Below, one piece after another: positions 47,986 through 49,318 of a stretch of DNA of 49,318 nt. The notes under the pieces were generated by a model. It did no database searches. It was not told the DNA's origin and was given only the letters and a program-made list of their open reading frames with translations. Both the position numbers and the translations under genes were made by a program. Every line of letters begins with the position of its first letter. The stretch's first letter is position 1. Source of the DNA: Folioceros fuciformis (taxonomy: Eukaryota); assembly GCA_049999805.1 (NCBI GenBank), contig JBNGIO010006396.1, positions 347,691-397,008 of the forward strand. Reading direction: 5' to 3'.

Positions 47986-48114
47986 TGAGACAAAAGAAAC
48001 AAGGAGTAGTCTAACTTCCATCTTGATTGAGAAGCAATATATAAAGGGTACAACTTCAGATTTAGGACAAGAAGTAGATCTAAGTGGCGTTTGAAGCAAG
48101 GAGAACTGTGAGAA

Positions 48115-49318
48115 ATGACGAATCAAAGGGCTCAAGGACAAATGCCTATCTTGATACATGCGGGTCTGATGCCCCTTAGCATGGAAGACATAGAAGAGTT
48201 CAAGCCTAAAGCAAAGGAACTTGGTCTTACTTTCTTGACATGGGAATGGCGACATCGACATGCTCTACTAATCCAAGAGTGTTACAAAAACTGGCAGGCA
48301 AACCAAAGAGGAGCATGCGTTCGGAGAAATCCATCATCATGGACCGCACACCACTTTCGAAAGGCACTTGGAAGAGACCCTTCTGAACGTGGAGTTGTTT
48401 TTAGCAGGTATTCGAATTCAAAGGCAGTGATTGTGACGGACGATTGGTTTACAGATGAACCTCGTCACCCTAAAAATGGATGGAGGATTAGTTGCCTTAT
48501 CAACAAGGATCATCAAATATTTGCGCGAATTCTATTAGCTATTACTGGACATAAATATATGTCTTATTTAAGTAATGGCAATGTTTGGTTTCTTCAACAA
48601 GTTTTTCAAAAGACAAAGATTGATTGGGGTTCTAGCTTGCTCTTGCTAGCCAAAGAAAGTCTTAGGTCCTTGGAAAAGGGCGAGGTCTCTTCTTTCCTCA
48701 CTCCTCTCCTTGTTCACTTATACAAGGCTCACGGAGTGTTGAGTTTGCAGGAGGAGGAAAACTCAATGCTATACCTAAAAGGCATCCACAAGTTTGTCGA
48801 TATTCCCCAAAGAGACATCCAAGAGGAGACAAAGGATAACTCATCATCATCTTCGTTGCTAGGAGACACTTTGTCGAATGTTAAGAAATGCTCGATGGAG
48901 ATCAATCAGAAAGATGAGCTTGCCCAAAAGGGCCAATTCGTAAACCAAAGTAAAAACGATGGACAACTTACTCAAATTGCAATAGTGTCTCACTTGGCAG
49001 GAGAGAGCAAGAAGGAACAGCCTACTCGAAAAAGGAAATTATTAAGAGAGAGCAACAAGGAGGAACCCTCTCGAAAGAGGCAATCGTTAAGAGATAGCAA
49101 CAAGGAGCAGCCTTATCAAATGAAAGAGAAGTTGGATTCACAACTTAAAAATGTAAGGAAAATGCTCATACGTAACCTGAAAGAAGGCTCTTTCAAAAAT
49201 TACACATCCTACTTATTTGAAAAAACGAAAGGGCTACCTTTTACAAACTTCAAGGAAGATATTCCCATCTTAGAGAAGGAGATTGAACTGTTAATAAGCA
49301 TAGAAAAGAAAGCAGACA
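48115..49318 (+). CDS. Open-ended (>=401 codons) intronless ORF, probably transposon-associated
   Basis: No stop from ATG 48115 to the window end, hence absent from the ORF track: ELGLTFLTWEW...RRNPSSWTAHHFRKALG...FTDEPRHPKNGWRISC...KIDWG...SFLTPLLVHLYKAHGVL, then a charged tail. AT-rich composition unlike the host genes. Confidence 0.75.
   Translation, partial: MTNQRAQGQMPILIHAGLMPLSMEDIEEFKPKAKELGLTFLTWEWRHRHALLIQECYKNWQANQRGACVRRNPSSWTAHHFRKALGRDPSERGVVFSRYSNSKAVIVTDDWFTDEPRHPKNGWRISCLINKDHQIFARILLAITGHKYMSYLSNGNVWFLQQVFQKTKIDWGSSLLLLAKESLRSLEKGEVSSFLTPLLVHLYKAHGVLSLQEEENSMLYLKGIHKFVDIPQRDIQEETKDNSSSSSLLGDTLSNVKKCSMEINQKDELAQKGQFVNQSKNDGQLTQIAIVSHLAGESKKEQPTRKRKLLRESNKEEPSRKRQSLRDSNKEQPYQMKEKLDSQLKNVRKMLIRNLKEGSFKNYTSYLFEKTKGLPFTNFKEDIPILEKEIELLISIEKKAD

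Overview
Eukaryotic nuclear DNA from a compact, intron-containing land-plant genome. Evidence: GT-AG introns mostly ~70-150 nt, TTTAGGG telomere-type repeats, and an STR orthologue implying an arbuscular-mycorrhiza-competent lineage. The style suggests a non-seed plant such as a hornwort, but this cannot be fixed from the window. Conserved genes, all on +: psbO (1942-3063), mitochondrial-type CGFS glutaredoxin GRXS15 (3990-5021), a calponin-homology/transmembrane/LysM gene (32100-35304, only visible after splicing), a GIL1/IRKI-family gene, a START-like lipid-binding gene and the symbiosis ABCG half-transporter STR. Between 5.4 and 31 kb lies an island of locally duplicated genes I cannot assign. 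Family A has a coiled coil, AT-hooks with or without a C2H2 finger, and a WELRYW domain. Family B has a 'VDW' domain and EEMQVDVS repeats. A short conserved frame C also recurs. The island is interrupted by a scaffold gap and a decayed Copia gag, which is preceded by ~14 tandem copies of an LTR-end/tRNA-iMet primer-binding-site unit. The window ends inside a >400-codon, probably transposon-borne ORF that the ORF track misses. Best leads: the CH-TM-LysM protein (possible cytoskeleton-to-glycan tether, e.g. plastid peptidoglycan), the PBS satellite and the A/B/C paralogue island. All family assignments are from recalled motifs, not database searches.
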